Positions 25,381 through 37,985 of a DNA stretch of 64,000 nt are shown here, piece after piece (position 1 is the first letter of the stretch; the number at the start of each line of letters is the position of its first letter). The position numbers and the translations under genes are program-made. Origin of the DNA: Octopus bimaculoides (taxonomy: Eukaryota); the NCBI RefSeq assembly GCF_001194135.2, contig NC_068996.1:8099381-8163380 (forward strand). Direction: 5' to 3'. The notes below the pieces were generated by a model. The model did not search any database. It was given only the letters and a program-made list of their open reading frames with translations, and was not told the origin of the DNA.

Positions 25381-26066
25381 TGCCCATCATCTATGGGTTG
25401 GATGGCTTGACAGGGGCTGGCAAGCCAGATGACTGCATCAAACTCCATTGTCTGTTTTGGTATGGTTTTTACTCATGTTTCTATAAAACACACATNNNNN
25501 NNNNNCACACACACACACACACACACACTTTTAGCCTTAACCTGGCTAGATCTGGTCTCTCTCACTAACCCTACAATGTTATCCTAAAGACAAATAATCA
25601 CATCATTGAAATCTCAAAGTTATTTGAGATAATGTGTGATTAATTCAAAACAATGTGAATAAATAAGTAATACATTTGACAAAGAAATCTTGATACTAAA
25701 GGGTTAATGCCCATCATCTATGGGTTGGATGGCTTGACAGGGGCTGGCAAGCCAGATGACTGCATCAAACTCCATTGTCTGTTTTGGTATGGTTTTTACT
25801 CATGTTTCTATAAAACACACATAACAGACATTGCTGTGTGATTAAGAAGCTTGTTTTATCACCATATGGTTTCAGGTTCAGTTCCACTGTGCAGCACCTT
25901 GAGCAAGTGCCTTATATTATAGCTCTAGGCCAACCAGTAGTTTGTGAGTGAATTTGGTTGATGGAAACTGTGTGGAAACCTGTTATGTATTTATGTGTGT
26001 TTGTGTTTATTCCTGCCTCTGCAGCTTGACAACAGGCGTTGGTTTGTTTATGGTCCCTAGAGCGAA

Positions 26067-26113
26067 GACACTACTCTTGAGTTTCTACATTTAAGAAAAC
26101 TTCATCAGAGATC
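26067..26113 (-). ncRNA. Decayed hammerhead-like motif
   Basis: Minus strand GAUCU-CUGAUGA-AGUUUUCUUAAAUGUA-GAA-ACUCAAGAGU-A-GUGUC. Core, stem III and GUA triplet are present; stem II does not close properly. Confidence 0.3.
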
Positions 26114-26641
26114 AGCTATGGCAAAGCTAAATAATAATAGAAATATTTGGAAGAATATGGAAGAACATGCTCCAACCATTGACCAGCAAGTCCTCATCAT
26201 CAGGTATGAAATGATTCAGCAAAAAAAATTCTTTTAAGCAAGGCATTAAAGGGAAATAAATTCCAGGTTATTGTCAGCAGAAAACTAGAAATGACTAGCG
26301 AAAGAATTAAATTGGATTTGGAGTATAAATAAAATAAAATAACTAACAATGCATTAATTAAGGAGATGGTGTAATAATACAAATAATGCTAGTAGTGTAC
26401 TAATTATCTCTGGGAATTGTCTGTGGGAGGATTACTTTGGATAGATGTATTCTTAAGGAATAAAAAAAAGAATGCACAGGAATTAAATATCTTGTTAAAT
26501 AGTTGGTTCAATAAATAACTATTTATCTGTTTTGTTAAGTAAATAGGTTTGGTAGACAGAGATAATTAAGTGAATATTTAGTTTCACAATTAGATTCTTG
26601 GTTAATGGTACATAAGTAATTATTAGTGATTAAAAATTGAC

Positions 26642-26790
26642 AATTGATACGGGGTAAGATAGGGGTTTACATCAAGACAACATTCATAAGAATATATGAT
26701 CGTGGATTTATAACTACCTGGGTATACTATTATTATGAATAAGTATAGGGTGTTGCCTTGATATATCCCCTATCTCGTTTTGTATAAATT
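26642..26790. repeat. ~150-bp imperfect fold-back (MITE-like or hairpin RNA)
   Basis: Outer arms 26647-26681 / 26752-26785 and inner arms ATTCATAAGAATA (26682-26694) / TATTATTATGAAT (26728-26740). Confidence 0.7.
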
Positions 26791-26904
26791 ACTAATCTAT
26801 TGTTACTTACTAGTCAAGTATTTAAATTTTAAGTTAACTATCTATTTAGACTATTTATAGAGTAAAAATGCTGATTAGCTGCATAGATTCCATTCCCTAC
26901 ACAT

Positions 26905-27470
26905 GCAATCCAGATTCACTAAGCATCAAAGTACTGCAAGAACCTGGCTACAACCTGAACAACAACAAGATTCTGGGTGAAATCTTCAAGAACTGTTCCA
27001 ATGAGATCAGTCATGTTTGAAACTAGAAATCTCCTCTACAAGACTGCAATGATTCAGTTCTCTTCCTTTTTTTTTCAAGAAGTGTGATAGGCATTCTTAC
27101 AGTAACTAATAGTTGGATAGACATTGCAACCAAGATCTTTAACTATCATTCCTTGGAATCATCAATGATGATGCATTCCAGAGTATATGTGAGATGTATC
27201 TTGGAACTATTGCGAAGATTTTCAGTATGAGCTTGATAAACACACATGACCAAATCATTGTAAATGGTAACTTAAAAAGTCAAAAGCATTGATTAGCATG
27301 ATCACATCAGATTTTGAATTTATGTCTGGTTCTTGCACATATGGTGTCTATCATTGGAATTATAACTGGTTGGATCTTTGCATTGGATGTCTGTGATTGC
27401 CAGACATGGTTGGTATCTGTTGATAATGATGTAGATCCACTGATTAGAGCCAGGTTAACTTATCCTGTTA
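26905..27470 (+). mobile_element. Highly decayed CR1/L2-like LINE RT fragment
   Basis: PDSLSIKVLQE.. and FKKCDRHSYSN.. resemble the GPD....VLKE and FKKGDR....NYRPI motifs. Many stops and frameshifts. Confidence 0.55.
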
Positions 27471-27569
27471 ATGCTAAGTGGAAGTAAGAAGTAAGTTAAT
27501 TGTAGTGATGGGAGAATGTATATGTGAAAAGAGTAGAGTTTTCAGTTCTGTATAGAGTAAAGGGTAAAG

Positions 27570-27880
27570 ACTATGGGATTGCACCAAGAAAGTTCCTCCT
27601 AGGCACAAGTCTGGGCAAGGTTGTTTATGGAAGACCAGCAGTCGCCCATGCATACTAGCCTTCCCTCTCCATGCCACTGATGTTATCCAAGGGAAAGGCA
27701 AAGGCCAATACAGCTTGGCACCAGTGATGTCACAACTCATTTCTACAACTCAGTGAACTGGAGCAACGTGAAATAAAGTGTCTTGCTCAAGAACACAACA
27801 CAAGGCCTGGTCCAGGGACTGAACTCACAACCTCACAACTGTGAGCCTTACGCTCTAGCCACTGAGCTATGTACCTTCAC
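27570..27880 (-). mobile_element. SINE family D
   Basis: Reverse complement of the + copy at 53251-53590 (GGAAGACCAGCAGTCGCCCATGCATAC..GAAATAAAGTGTCTTGCTCAAG). Confidence 0.85.
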
Positions 27881-28124
27881 AGTTCTCTATAAATATTATT
27901 GAAAATAATAGACTATTCAAGGCACTTTGGGAATGTTAAGCTGATAGACATTTCAAAACATTTTAAAGAATTTAATGAATAAAATTTATATCATATTTAG
28001 GGAAAGGAAGTAATAGTGAATGGTTGATAGAATAATTCAAAATTTAAATATTCATGAGAAGTAAATATTTCACTGAATATCTAAGAGGAGCATTATTGTA
28101 CATTTATATACTTGGTGTATCTTT

Positions 28125-29162
28125 ATCTGTTTCAGTCATTAGACTGTGGCCATGCTGGAGCACTGCCTTGAAGAATTTTTAGTTGAACAAATTGACTCCA
28201 GTCCTTTTTTTTAAGCCTGGTACTTATTCTATCAGTCTGAACTGTTAAGTTATGGGAATATGTAAATTGATTAACATCAGTTGTCAGGCTGTGATGGGGA
28301 TAAACACAGACACATACACACACACACTCATGTGTGCGACAAGCTTCATTTTAGTTTTTGTCTCTCAAATCTACCCACAAAGCTTTGATTGGCCCAAGGC
28401 TATAGTAGAAGACACTTTCCAAAGCTGCCATGCAGTGGGACTGAATCTGGAACCATGCTGAGAAGCAAGCTTCTTACCAGACACTCACGTCTGCACCTAT
28501 GATTATATCATTAAAAAGAAAAATAATTTTATATAGGGTCACTATATGAGTCACTACATTGAATCGATTTTAGTCAAGCTTAGAATTTAGTGTTTATTTT
28601 ATACTTGCTGACAACTAAGAGAACTTATCAGTAATGCACTGAAGTAAATGGATACATGGAAGTGAATGGGCTGAAATAGTCACAAGTGGGTATCAGAGTG
28701 ATTAATACAGATTTATTATACATGCATTTTATTAGTTTCAGTGTCAAAGAATGAATGTGTGTTTAGAAGAGTAGTAAATAGATTGAATGGCCCAATTTAG
28801 ATTAATATAGCTGTCATATTAATTATATAACAAGAAAGGCACAGATATGGATGTGTGGTTAAGGAGTTAGCTTCCCAATCACATGGCTTTGGGTTCAGTC
28901 CCACTGTGTGGCACCTTGGGCAAGTGTCCCAGGCTAACTGGTGCCTGGTGAGTGAATGTTGTAGACAGAAACTGAAAGAAGTTCCTTGTCTTGACATCAT
29001 ATAATATTGTAAATGCATGTCATTTATTTGCAATCATCATTATCATCGTTTAACGTCCACTTTCCATGCTGGCATGGGTTGGACGATTTGACTGAGGACT
29101 GGCAAGCCAGAAGGCTGCACCAGGCTCCAATCTGATCTGGCAAGGTTTCTACAGCTGGATGT
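28125..29162. mobile_element. SINE A (-, 28125-28500), SINE A head (+, 28840-28985) and family C (-, 29035-29162)
   Basis: Same diagnostic motifs as other copies, more diverged. Confidence 0.75.
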
Positions 29163-30138
29163 GAAAACATGTCTGACTACGGGTAAATATTACTTTGCTT
29201 GGAAACAGGTAAGCATTGGTGACTGTAAGGGCATCTGACTGTTGAAAATTTGCCTCAGTAAATTCTATCTGATTCATACAAGCATGGTGAAGCAGATGTT
29301 AAGTTGTTAATGGTGATGACGATGATGATGATGATATAAAATAATTTTGTTCAAGTAAGCAAGAAGATGTAAAAAGACACTGAACGTAATTGAATTAAGC
29401 ATTCAAACTTTCAGTCAGCCGAAAATGAAATGGTGTTGTATGGGATGAGAGGTAGGGACAGAATCCAACCTTTGGTCACTTAGTGACAAATCCAGACATG
29501 TTTCTGCATTATTAGTGAAACACAGTCCTTTCACAGCTGCCAAGACCTTGGAATGTCAAACAAATAATGTTATTTAGTGTGAAGATAATTTACTGATTAG
29601 ACAAATTAAAAGTAATGGCTTTGGAAAATTTCCCAAGGGTGTCTTCTATGCAAAGAACATGGAGTTAAAAGAAGGTCTTGGCAGCTACAATTAGACAAAG
29701 CTTTGCTGAAGTTATCCTCTCCTGTGTTGTTGTCATAGCTGTCACAGATCAGAATTGCTGCCTTTATATATTTGTCCCTTTTGAGGATAATTTTCATTAG
29801 CATGGAATTTTTTCTCATTATATTTATATTTTCAGTTAATCATTTTCTGCTCAGCAAAGTGGGGTAGCCTGTACTTAAAAGGCACCTTTATTAAATTTTT
29901 CAGTATATATATATACACTGAAAGATTATATTTCTATATATATACACATAAAACATTATCATCATTTAATGTCCATTTTTCCATGCTTAGATAAGTTGGA
30001 TTGTTTGACAGGAACCTATAAACCAGAGGGTTGTGTTTAACTTTAATGATTTCTTTGGCATGGTTTCTACAGCTAGATGACCCTCCTAATGCCCACCACT
30101 TCACAAAGTGTACTTGCTTCTTTTTTTTCACGATATCC

Positions 30139-30171
<33 letters not shown>

Positions 30172-30634
30172 TATACATAATTAATACAATAATAAGATAA
30201 ACTCTTATATAAGAATTTATCAAGTAGTTATCGTGAAAGAAATTCATAGAGAAGAATCTATCGTTTTTCCCTAAATCATATTTATTGATTTATATATATA
30301 TATAAGGGCATAAATCATATTTATATATATATATATATNNNNNNNNNNNNNNNNNNNNNNNNNNNNNNNNNNNNNNNNNNNNNNNNNNNNNNNNNNNNNN
30401 NNNNNNNNNNNNNNNNNNNNNNNNNNNNNNNNNNNNNNNNNNNNNNNNNNNNNNNNNNNNNNNNNNNNNNNNNNNNNNNNNNNNNNNNNNNNNNNNNNNN
30501 NNNNNNNNNNNNNNNNNNNNNNNNNNNNNNNNNNNNNNNNNNNNNNNNNNNNNNNNNNNNNNNNNNNNNNNNNNNNNNNNNNNNNNNNNNNNNNNNNNNN
30601 NNNNNNNNNNNNNNNNNNNNNNNNNNNNNNNNNN

Positions 30635-30669
<35 letters not shown>

Positions 30670-31880
30670 TTTTCTGCTCCTTGCAGAGTTTGATTTCTTC
30701 TTGCACCTATAATTGCTCTTTCCTAGTGTGAAATTGTAAATGACTTTTGTGCCCTGAAAAGCATTTGAAGAGCAGGTCACAAATACTTCATGAATGTCTC
30801 ATTTCAGCATTGGCTCCATTTTCCACTTGTTTATTATGAATGTTCAAGTGGCACTTCAGTCTTCCATGTGACTTACAGGTTTTATATATCATCATCATCA
30901 TCATCATCATTTCTATTTTCCATGCTGGCATGGATTAGATGGTTTGACAGGAGCTAGCATGACCAAGAGTCACTCATTGTCTGTTTTCTACAGCTGGATG
31001 CCCTTCCTAATGCCAACCATTTGACAGACCGTACTAAGTGTTTTTAACATGGCACCAGCACCAACAGGGTCACCAAGTACCTTGCAAAGCAAAAGAAAAA
31101 AGGGACAAAAATGGCAATAACCCCCTCAACTGGGAGGGGGATAGTATTGAGTGGGGATTGTGGCTTCGTACCAGTTAAAAGATTAAAGGTGTAGAGGGAC
31201 AGAGATCAATGTAGGCTTCCACACAGTTGCTGTCAACTAAATTAAGTCACAAGGTACTGGTTGGCTCAGTGCTATTGTAGAAGACACTTGCCCATGGTGT
31301 AGTGCAGTAGGACTGAACCCAAAACCACACGGTTGCAATGTGGGCTTTGTAACCACACAGCCATACCTGTGCCTATATGTATTTATGTATATATTTATAT
31401 ATGTATTTATTTATGTATTTATGTATACATCAAAATTCTTGCAAAACAAATATGTAAACGGAATATTTATGTATACTTATTTGTTTACATATGTGTATAT
31501 ATACATGTGAATACATACATGCATAATTATGTGCATATGTGCATGCACACATGTACATGCACACATGTACATGCACACGTACATGTGTATATACATATGT
31601 ACATGTGTGTATGAATGCATCTGTGTATGTTTTCAGACGAACATGCTAAAAAGCATTCACGACCACTTAAATTTGCACACCAGCTGAACCTATAGTAAAA
31701 TATATAACTGGAAAAAAAAGAAGTTTTTCTAACAAAAATAAAAACATTATATATATATATATATNNNNNNNNNNNNNNNNNNNNNNNNNNNNNNNNNNNN
31801 NNNNNNNNNNNNNNNNNNNNNNNNNNNNNNNNNNNNNNNNNNNNNNNNNNNNNNNNNNNNNNNNNNNNNNNNNNNNNNNN

Positions 31881-31918
<38 letters not shown>

Positions 31919-32934
31919 TCGATTCAAACATGAACAAGCAAGAAAAGACACGGAAAAACAACAACACGAGGACTTGGAATAAGTACAGTGTTATTGGACG
32001 CTCAAAATGAAAATAAAGAGCAAAGCAAAATTGTGTAGTTTTGCGTTTGTTTTTCCACGAAGCCAATTGGTTAAACTGGTTTATTTATTAAACTATTTCA
32101 GTTATTGGTATTTAGCTGCTTGCTTTTTCAGGAATGGTTTTCTGTTCTTGAACATAACTTACATTGTAGCCCTTCATGTAACATTAACAAATGTTCATAA
32201 ACAAATAGAGGAAAGTAGATTTCTCTGATCACTAACTCACTGCACCTGTTTGTTTAGTTTTCCTCACCCATTTCTCAAGATATATATATATATCTCAATG
32301 TGATTTTATGTCTCTTCCCGCCTCACCATTGTCAAAATGGGCATCACTAGTTTTCTCTGAGCTTCTCAGACATGGTTGTGAGAGTAAGAAGTTTGCTTCC
32401 CAACCACATGGTTTCAGGTTCAGTTCTACTGTGTGCGGTCTTGGGTACATACGTGTCTTCTACTGAAACCTCAAACCAACCAAAACATTGCAACTGGATT
32501 TGGCTGTTGTGTATGCATGCTTATATATGTAGGTTACAGATCCAATAGAGGTAGAATCAACAAAAGATGTACTCCATCCAGTGAGATAAATATCAATTTA
32601 AATACACAACCGAAAGGGCTACTAATAAAAGCATGAAACTATTTGTAGCTCTTTCAGTTGTGTATTAAGATTATATATCCCTCTCTCTCTTTCGGAGAGG
32701 CACAAGTACATACACAGACATATACACATGCGGCAGTAACTTCCGCCTATCAAATTCAGAATGTATGTATTTTTTATTAATAATTGGCTGAAGTTACAGA
32801 GTGACCCAAGGGCCAAGAGTTTTGTGCATTGACACTTTTCAAAGTTTATTTAAGTTTGATTAGTGCCAACACATGAAACTCTCAGCTATTGAGTCACTCT
32901 GTAAGTTCTGCCAGTTATTAACAATATAAATACA

Positions 32935-33262
32935 TGGGCGCATGAGTGACTGTGTGGTTAATAGCTTGCCTACCAACCACATGGTTCCTGGTTCAGTCCC
33001 ACTGTGGCACCTTGGGCAAGTGTGTTCTGCTATAGCCTCGGGCTGACCAAAGCCTTGTGAGTGGATTTAGTAGACAGAAACTGAAAGAAGCCCATCATAT
33101 ATATGTATATGTTTGTGTGTCTGTGTTTGTCCCCCCACCATCGTTTGACAACTGATGTTGGCGTGTTTATGTCCCCATAACAGTGGTTCAGCAAAAGAGA
33201 CCGATAGAATAAGTACTAGGCTTACAAAGAATAGGTCCTGGGGTTGATTTGTTTGATTAAAA
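32935..33262 (+). mobile_element. SINE A with short internal microsatellite, 3' truncated
   Basis: GAGTGACTGTGTGGTTAATAGC..GGTTCAGTCCCACTG..GAAGCCCATCATATATATG..GAATAAGTACTAGGCTTACAAAG. Confidence 0.88.
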
Positions 33263-33294
33263 GAATATATTATTTAAAACAGTTTGATTTGGTT

Positions 33295-33352
33295 CCATGC
33301 TACTTCAAGTTTCGCAGGCTCCTAACTGAAGCCTGCCTCCTTCAGGCTTTGG
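33295..33352 (-). ncRNA. Candidate type I hammerhead ribozyme with variant core
   Basis: Minus strand CCAAAGC-CUGAAGGAG-GCAGGCUUC-AGUUA-GGAGCCUGC-GAA-ACUUGAAGU-A-GCAUGG. Stem II has 9 bp, stem III is near-palindromic, the triplet is GUA and stem I is weak. Confidence 0.5.
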
Positions 33353-33745
33353 ATTCCTGAGTCAAGACAGTCAGTATCTGCTTGCAACCACACAGGCACC
33401 AGCAACAACTTGTGAAAGTGTAGTACATGCTGCCAGATCATATTGCATTTACATGTGACAGCAAAGCTGTTTTTTTTCTTTAAATATAAATACAAGTGTA
33501 TGTATATGTATATCTATGTGCTTATGTATATATGTATGCACGTGTATGTATGCTTATGCATATGTATATATGTATATTTGAAGAGCTAGTAGGATCATTA
33601 GCTTACCACTCCCAAGAAGAGGACTCAAAATAATAGTTCAATGCTGCAAATAAATATTCATTTGTTCCACCATACTGCAGTTTGTAATGAAACAGTTTAA
33701 TGAATACACACACATGTACACACACTTTCTCTCTCTCTCTCTCTT

Positions 33746-33792
<47 letters not shown>

Positions 33793-34459
33793 TGCACACA
33801 CGTAAATGTGGTTAATTCATTTCTCATTATCACTTATTAATTGAAAACCCATAAAACAGGAAGTGTTTTCCCATAGAAGTGTTATAATTGTGGCTTTGGT
33901 TCCAACCAGCTAGTTGCAAAATAAAGAAAACACAAACAAATTATTATAATTAACATTTAATTGAAAATGCTCATATTAAAGTTTTAGTGAAAAATTGTTT
34001 TTTGTTTTAATTTCACAATGTTTTTTTTTAATAAAAAAATTTTTTTTTAATCTTTATTCACAGTAAATTTTGCTAAGTCAAATTTTCAGAAGATGATGTA
34101 ATTCAGAAACACTTTGTGAATTGTCTGTCTGCAATACTATATTTATTTATTCATTCTTCATAAATTTACCGATAAACTTGTTGTTTGGATATTTTGATGT
34201 AGTCATTTTTACGGCCTTTTCTTTGTATTCAAAAGTACTTTAACTGTTAAATTATAGAGGCTGGAATTTCCTCCTCTATTTCCGTTTGTTTTTCATTTTG
34301 GAAATTTTGCATTTTGAATAACATTTCATTTCGTTAATAAGTGTGACATTGTGACAACCCTTTAGAATTTAAACCATCCATACCTGGCCCAAAATATTCA
34401 ACTGGTTTTGACTCAAACTGACCAGATTTGGTCTCTCGCACCTATCCTAAAATGAATAG

Positions 34460-34950
34460 AGAAGGTGGATCAGACTTGGCAATGCTGGAATGTATATGGA
34501 AGTTCCAGGAATTGAATGGTCGAGTAGTGTGCTAATGAGGTGGAGAGTATTACTAAAACTGAAGGGAATCTTAATGGTATGCTACATGTGTGGAAAGTAC
34601 TATGAATGAGACATTGCTTGTGAACATGGAGCAGTAGAGATGTCTGAAAAGAATGGAAATAAGATTGGTTGAATTGCTGAGAGTGAGATAGACTAAGTTG
34701 CAGAGAATAGAAGCCAGCCAGTGATAAATATTGCGAAAAGAGATGCAATGAGATAGTTGGGTTATGTGCAATGGAAGGATGAAAGTGACCAGGGGGGAAA
34801 AAAAATGATGGAAGTTACTACAGAAGAAAGTAGAGAAAGGAGAAAAACTGGAAAAGACATGGCTATAAGGTGATACAGGAAGAAATGAGAGCAAGCAGGT
34901 TGATGCTGGGTGGTAGGTAGAGGACAGGATAAAACAGAGAAGACTTATAA
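34460..34950 (+). mobile_element. Decayed RTE-clade LINE 3' fragment
   Basis: Frameshifted remnants resembling WKKFREL..V.C, LKLKG.L, MR.RW.G.VQ.KDE and R.RGRP.KTW; purine-rich strand typical of these copies. Confidence 0.55.
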
Positions 34951-35750
34951 GCTAAAAAGCTTACTTCTGCTTTGTAAGAGAAAATGGCCTTAAAATGCAT
35001 GTTGTTTGTACATACATTTATAAAAACACAATCCTTCATGCACAAACACTGTATACACACCCATGAATACACAAATACATGCTTATATATGCATGTATAT
35101 ATGTATATGATTTATGCATGCGTATCTGTGAATATGTACTTATATATTTATGCATATATCTATGTACATATATGCATATATGTGCAGGTTTACACACACA
35201 CATAAACATTCTTCCTTTTAATCCATTAGATAAACCTTGGTTTCAATGATTTTTTTTTTGTTCTTTGTTTGTCTTTCTTATTGTAAATATCTCCTGAAGG
35301 AAAGCAATCATGATTGTTATGAATAATGTACATCAATATCCCCAGAGTTTATCCAGTTGTGCAGGTTTTAATAAATTGTTTACTCTCGCTCCCTCTGTTT
35401 TCTCTCATTATCTTTCTCACTTTGTCTGAGAGTACTTTCCATCTGCTCATTCCATGTCTGTTATGTATTTTACTTTTTTTTATCTATCCTCCCCTCCCCC
35501 ACTTCCTTACATTTTATCCATTTTTATTATTTTCCTTTTTTAGACAACATAATGCTAGCTGGTGCTATGTTGCATGTCCTTTCGAATCTGATGCACACTC
35601 TTGGCCTTTGTAGATGCACATCATTCAACCATCTACCCATTAAATCAAACATTAAACTAGGCCATCTTGGAGCTATCCTGGATAGTTAAAAGGTTTTGAA
35701 CTTTTTCTGTTGAGAGGCATAAATAAAATATTGTAGGTGTGGATGTTTGA

Positions 35751-35976
35751 TTAACCCTTAACCATTTAAACCGGCCATGTTCGGCCAAAAGTATTCTGCC
35801 TTTTTTATGTTCAAACTGGCCAGATCTGGTCTCTCACACCAACCCTACAATATCGTTTTAAAAGTTAATAGCTACCTCATCAAAATCTCATAGCTACAAG
35901 ATAATGTATGATTAGTTCAAAACAATGTAAATGAAAAAGCATTCATTTTGGCAGGGTTAAACAGACTAAAGGGTTT
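35751..35976. mobile_element. piggyBac-type MITE family E
   Basis: TTAACCCTTAACCATTTAAACCGGCC.. body as at 20330; right end ACTAAAGGGTTT. Confidence 0.8.
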
Positions 35977-37754
35977 GAACAGTTTGCTTTCAGATCCTGT
36001 AGTCTTGAATTCAGTTCTACTGTTCAGCACCTTAGGTAAGTGTCTTCTACTATAACTCCAGAATGACCAAAGCCTTGTGAGTGGATTTGGTAGATGGAAA
36101 CTGAGAGAAGCTCATCATATATGTACATGTACCATTGTCTTCACATCATGTGATAGTTACAAGTGAGCATTATTGTTGTGATGTTCTTTTCCAGTCTCCA
36201 TGAAAAACATGTCATTGAGAAATAATACTTTTCTTGGAAGCAGATGAATGTTGATGATACAAAGGGTATCCTGCTATAAGAAATGTCCCCAATATTCTGT
36301 CTGATCTGTACAAACATGGAAAAGTGGACATTACACTTCTAACCCATGCCAACATGGAGGATGAATGTTAAATGAAAGTATTCAGCTCATGATCATAAGG
36401 CTCTGAATTCGATTCCTGATGACGCATCTTGAGCAAGACACTTTATTTCACATTGCTTCAGTTCACTCAGCTAGCAAATGCATCGTACCCGTAATTCAAA
36501 GAGTCAGCTTTGTTACATTCTATGTCATGTTAAAGTTATGCATGTCTGTGGAGTGCTCAACTGCTTGCACATTAATTACATGAGCAGGCTATTCTGCTGA
36601 TGAGATCAAGTGGAACTCTTGTCCTCACAACCAATGGAGTGCCAATTACTGTTCTCAATCATTTCACAGAATTTTTAATTGGCAGCATTCACACCTTGGA
36701 TTTGTCACATTGTACCTCCTTGATACCACTGGGAGTCTCTATGCAGTCACTTCATCTGCTAGAAATTGTAGCTGAGTCTTTTTCAAATCATTCACTGGCA
36801 TATTTTCATTTTTTTAATCTCTTTTACACAACTTACTCCAAAGAAGAGGAACAGCAACAATAACTTTTTTGTGGATCCATGAAACTGGTGGACGGAAATT
36901 ATCCGCAGACTAAGTCTGAATGATTGCATCATAGTACACTGTGCTAAAGACACAACTGGACCAGACCAAATGGGGTCTTATGCCAGGCAGTGTTTTAAGT
37001 CTATTGTTCAAAAGCATTTTTATCTCTAATGATCTAATTTTAATGAATTAAAAATTTATTAGCTTTACAATATCATGTTTTTTAATTAACATTCACTTGT
37101 GTATTCAGTTTAATCACTCCCTAATGTGTTCAGTTTAATCACTCACTTATATAAATCTGGTTTACACCACATTCAACTTTGTCATTTGTAATTTATACAA
37201 GCCAATAAGTCAACATGTGTGTAACCCTTTGAACTGTTCAGCACAGCAGGAATACCCTCAACAGACACCAAAACCATTAAACGTGTGACTACAATGGGAG
37301 CCATTGAAGTTAGAAAAAGAGATCTTATATATTCACACAAATTGTTGAGCTTAGTAATATAACCTTGTTGAACTAAGTATTGAGATACTAAATTACTAGT
37401 GTAATTAACATAGAGTATATCTATAGACTTTAGCTGGCACTGTGTGTAATACACAGATATGATTTGATTTTATATACATGTGATATTCTGTTGTGTAGAG
37501 TAGCATAGTAAGTATGATGTTATCAGAATTGGGGAACATGTTTCAAATCTTAATTCTGCCTCACTGTAGGGGCAACAAAGAGGAAAAAAATTTGATGGTA
37601 CATATGTCATTCTTTTGAAATACATATGATATAAAGGAGGAAGGCATAAAGGAATTCTAGATTTTCCTTCTGCTTTCCACTTCATGGTCTTGGTTCTGCT
37701 TCATCATTCTTTCTACTTATCAACACTTATGAAATAATGTGGGTATCATTTCTT

Positions 37755-37985
37755 ATTTCTTTATTGCTCACAAGGGGCTAAACATAGAGGAGACAAACAA
37801 GGACAGACAAAGGGATTAAGTCGATTACATCGACCCCAGTGCACAACTGGTACTTATTTAATCGACCCTGAAAGCATGAAAGGCAAAGTCGACCTCGGCA
37901 GAATTTGAACTCAGAGCGTAATGGCAGATGAAATACCAATAAGCATTTCACCAGGCGTGCTAACGATTCTACCAGCTCGCCACCT
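37755..37985 (-). mobile_element. Full-length SINE B
   Basis: TSD TGGGTRTCATTTCTT at 37740-37754 and 37986-38000 (1 mismatch). Confidence 0.9.
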
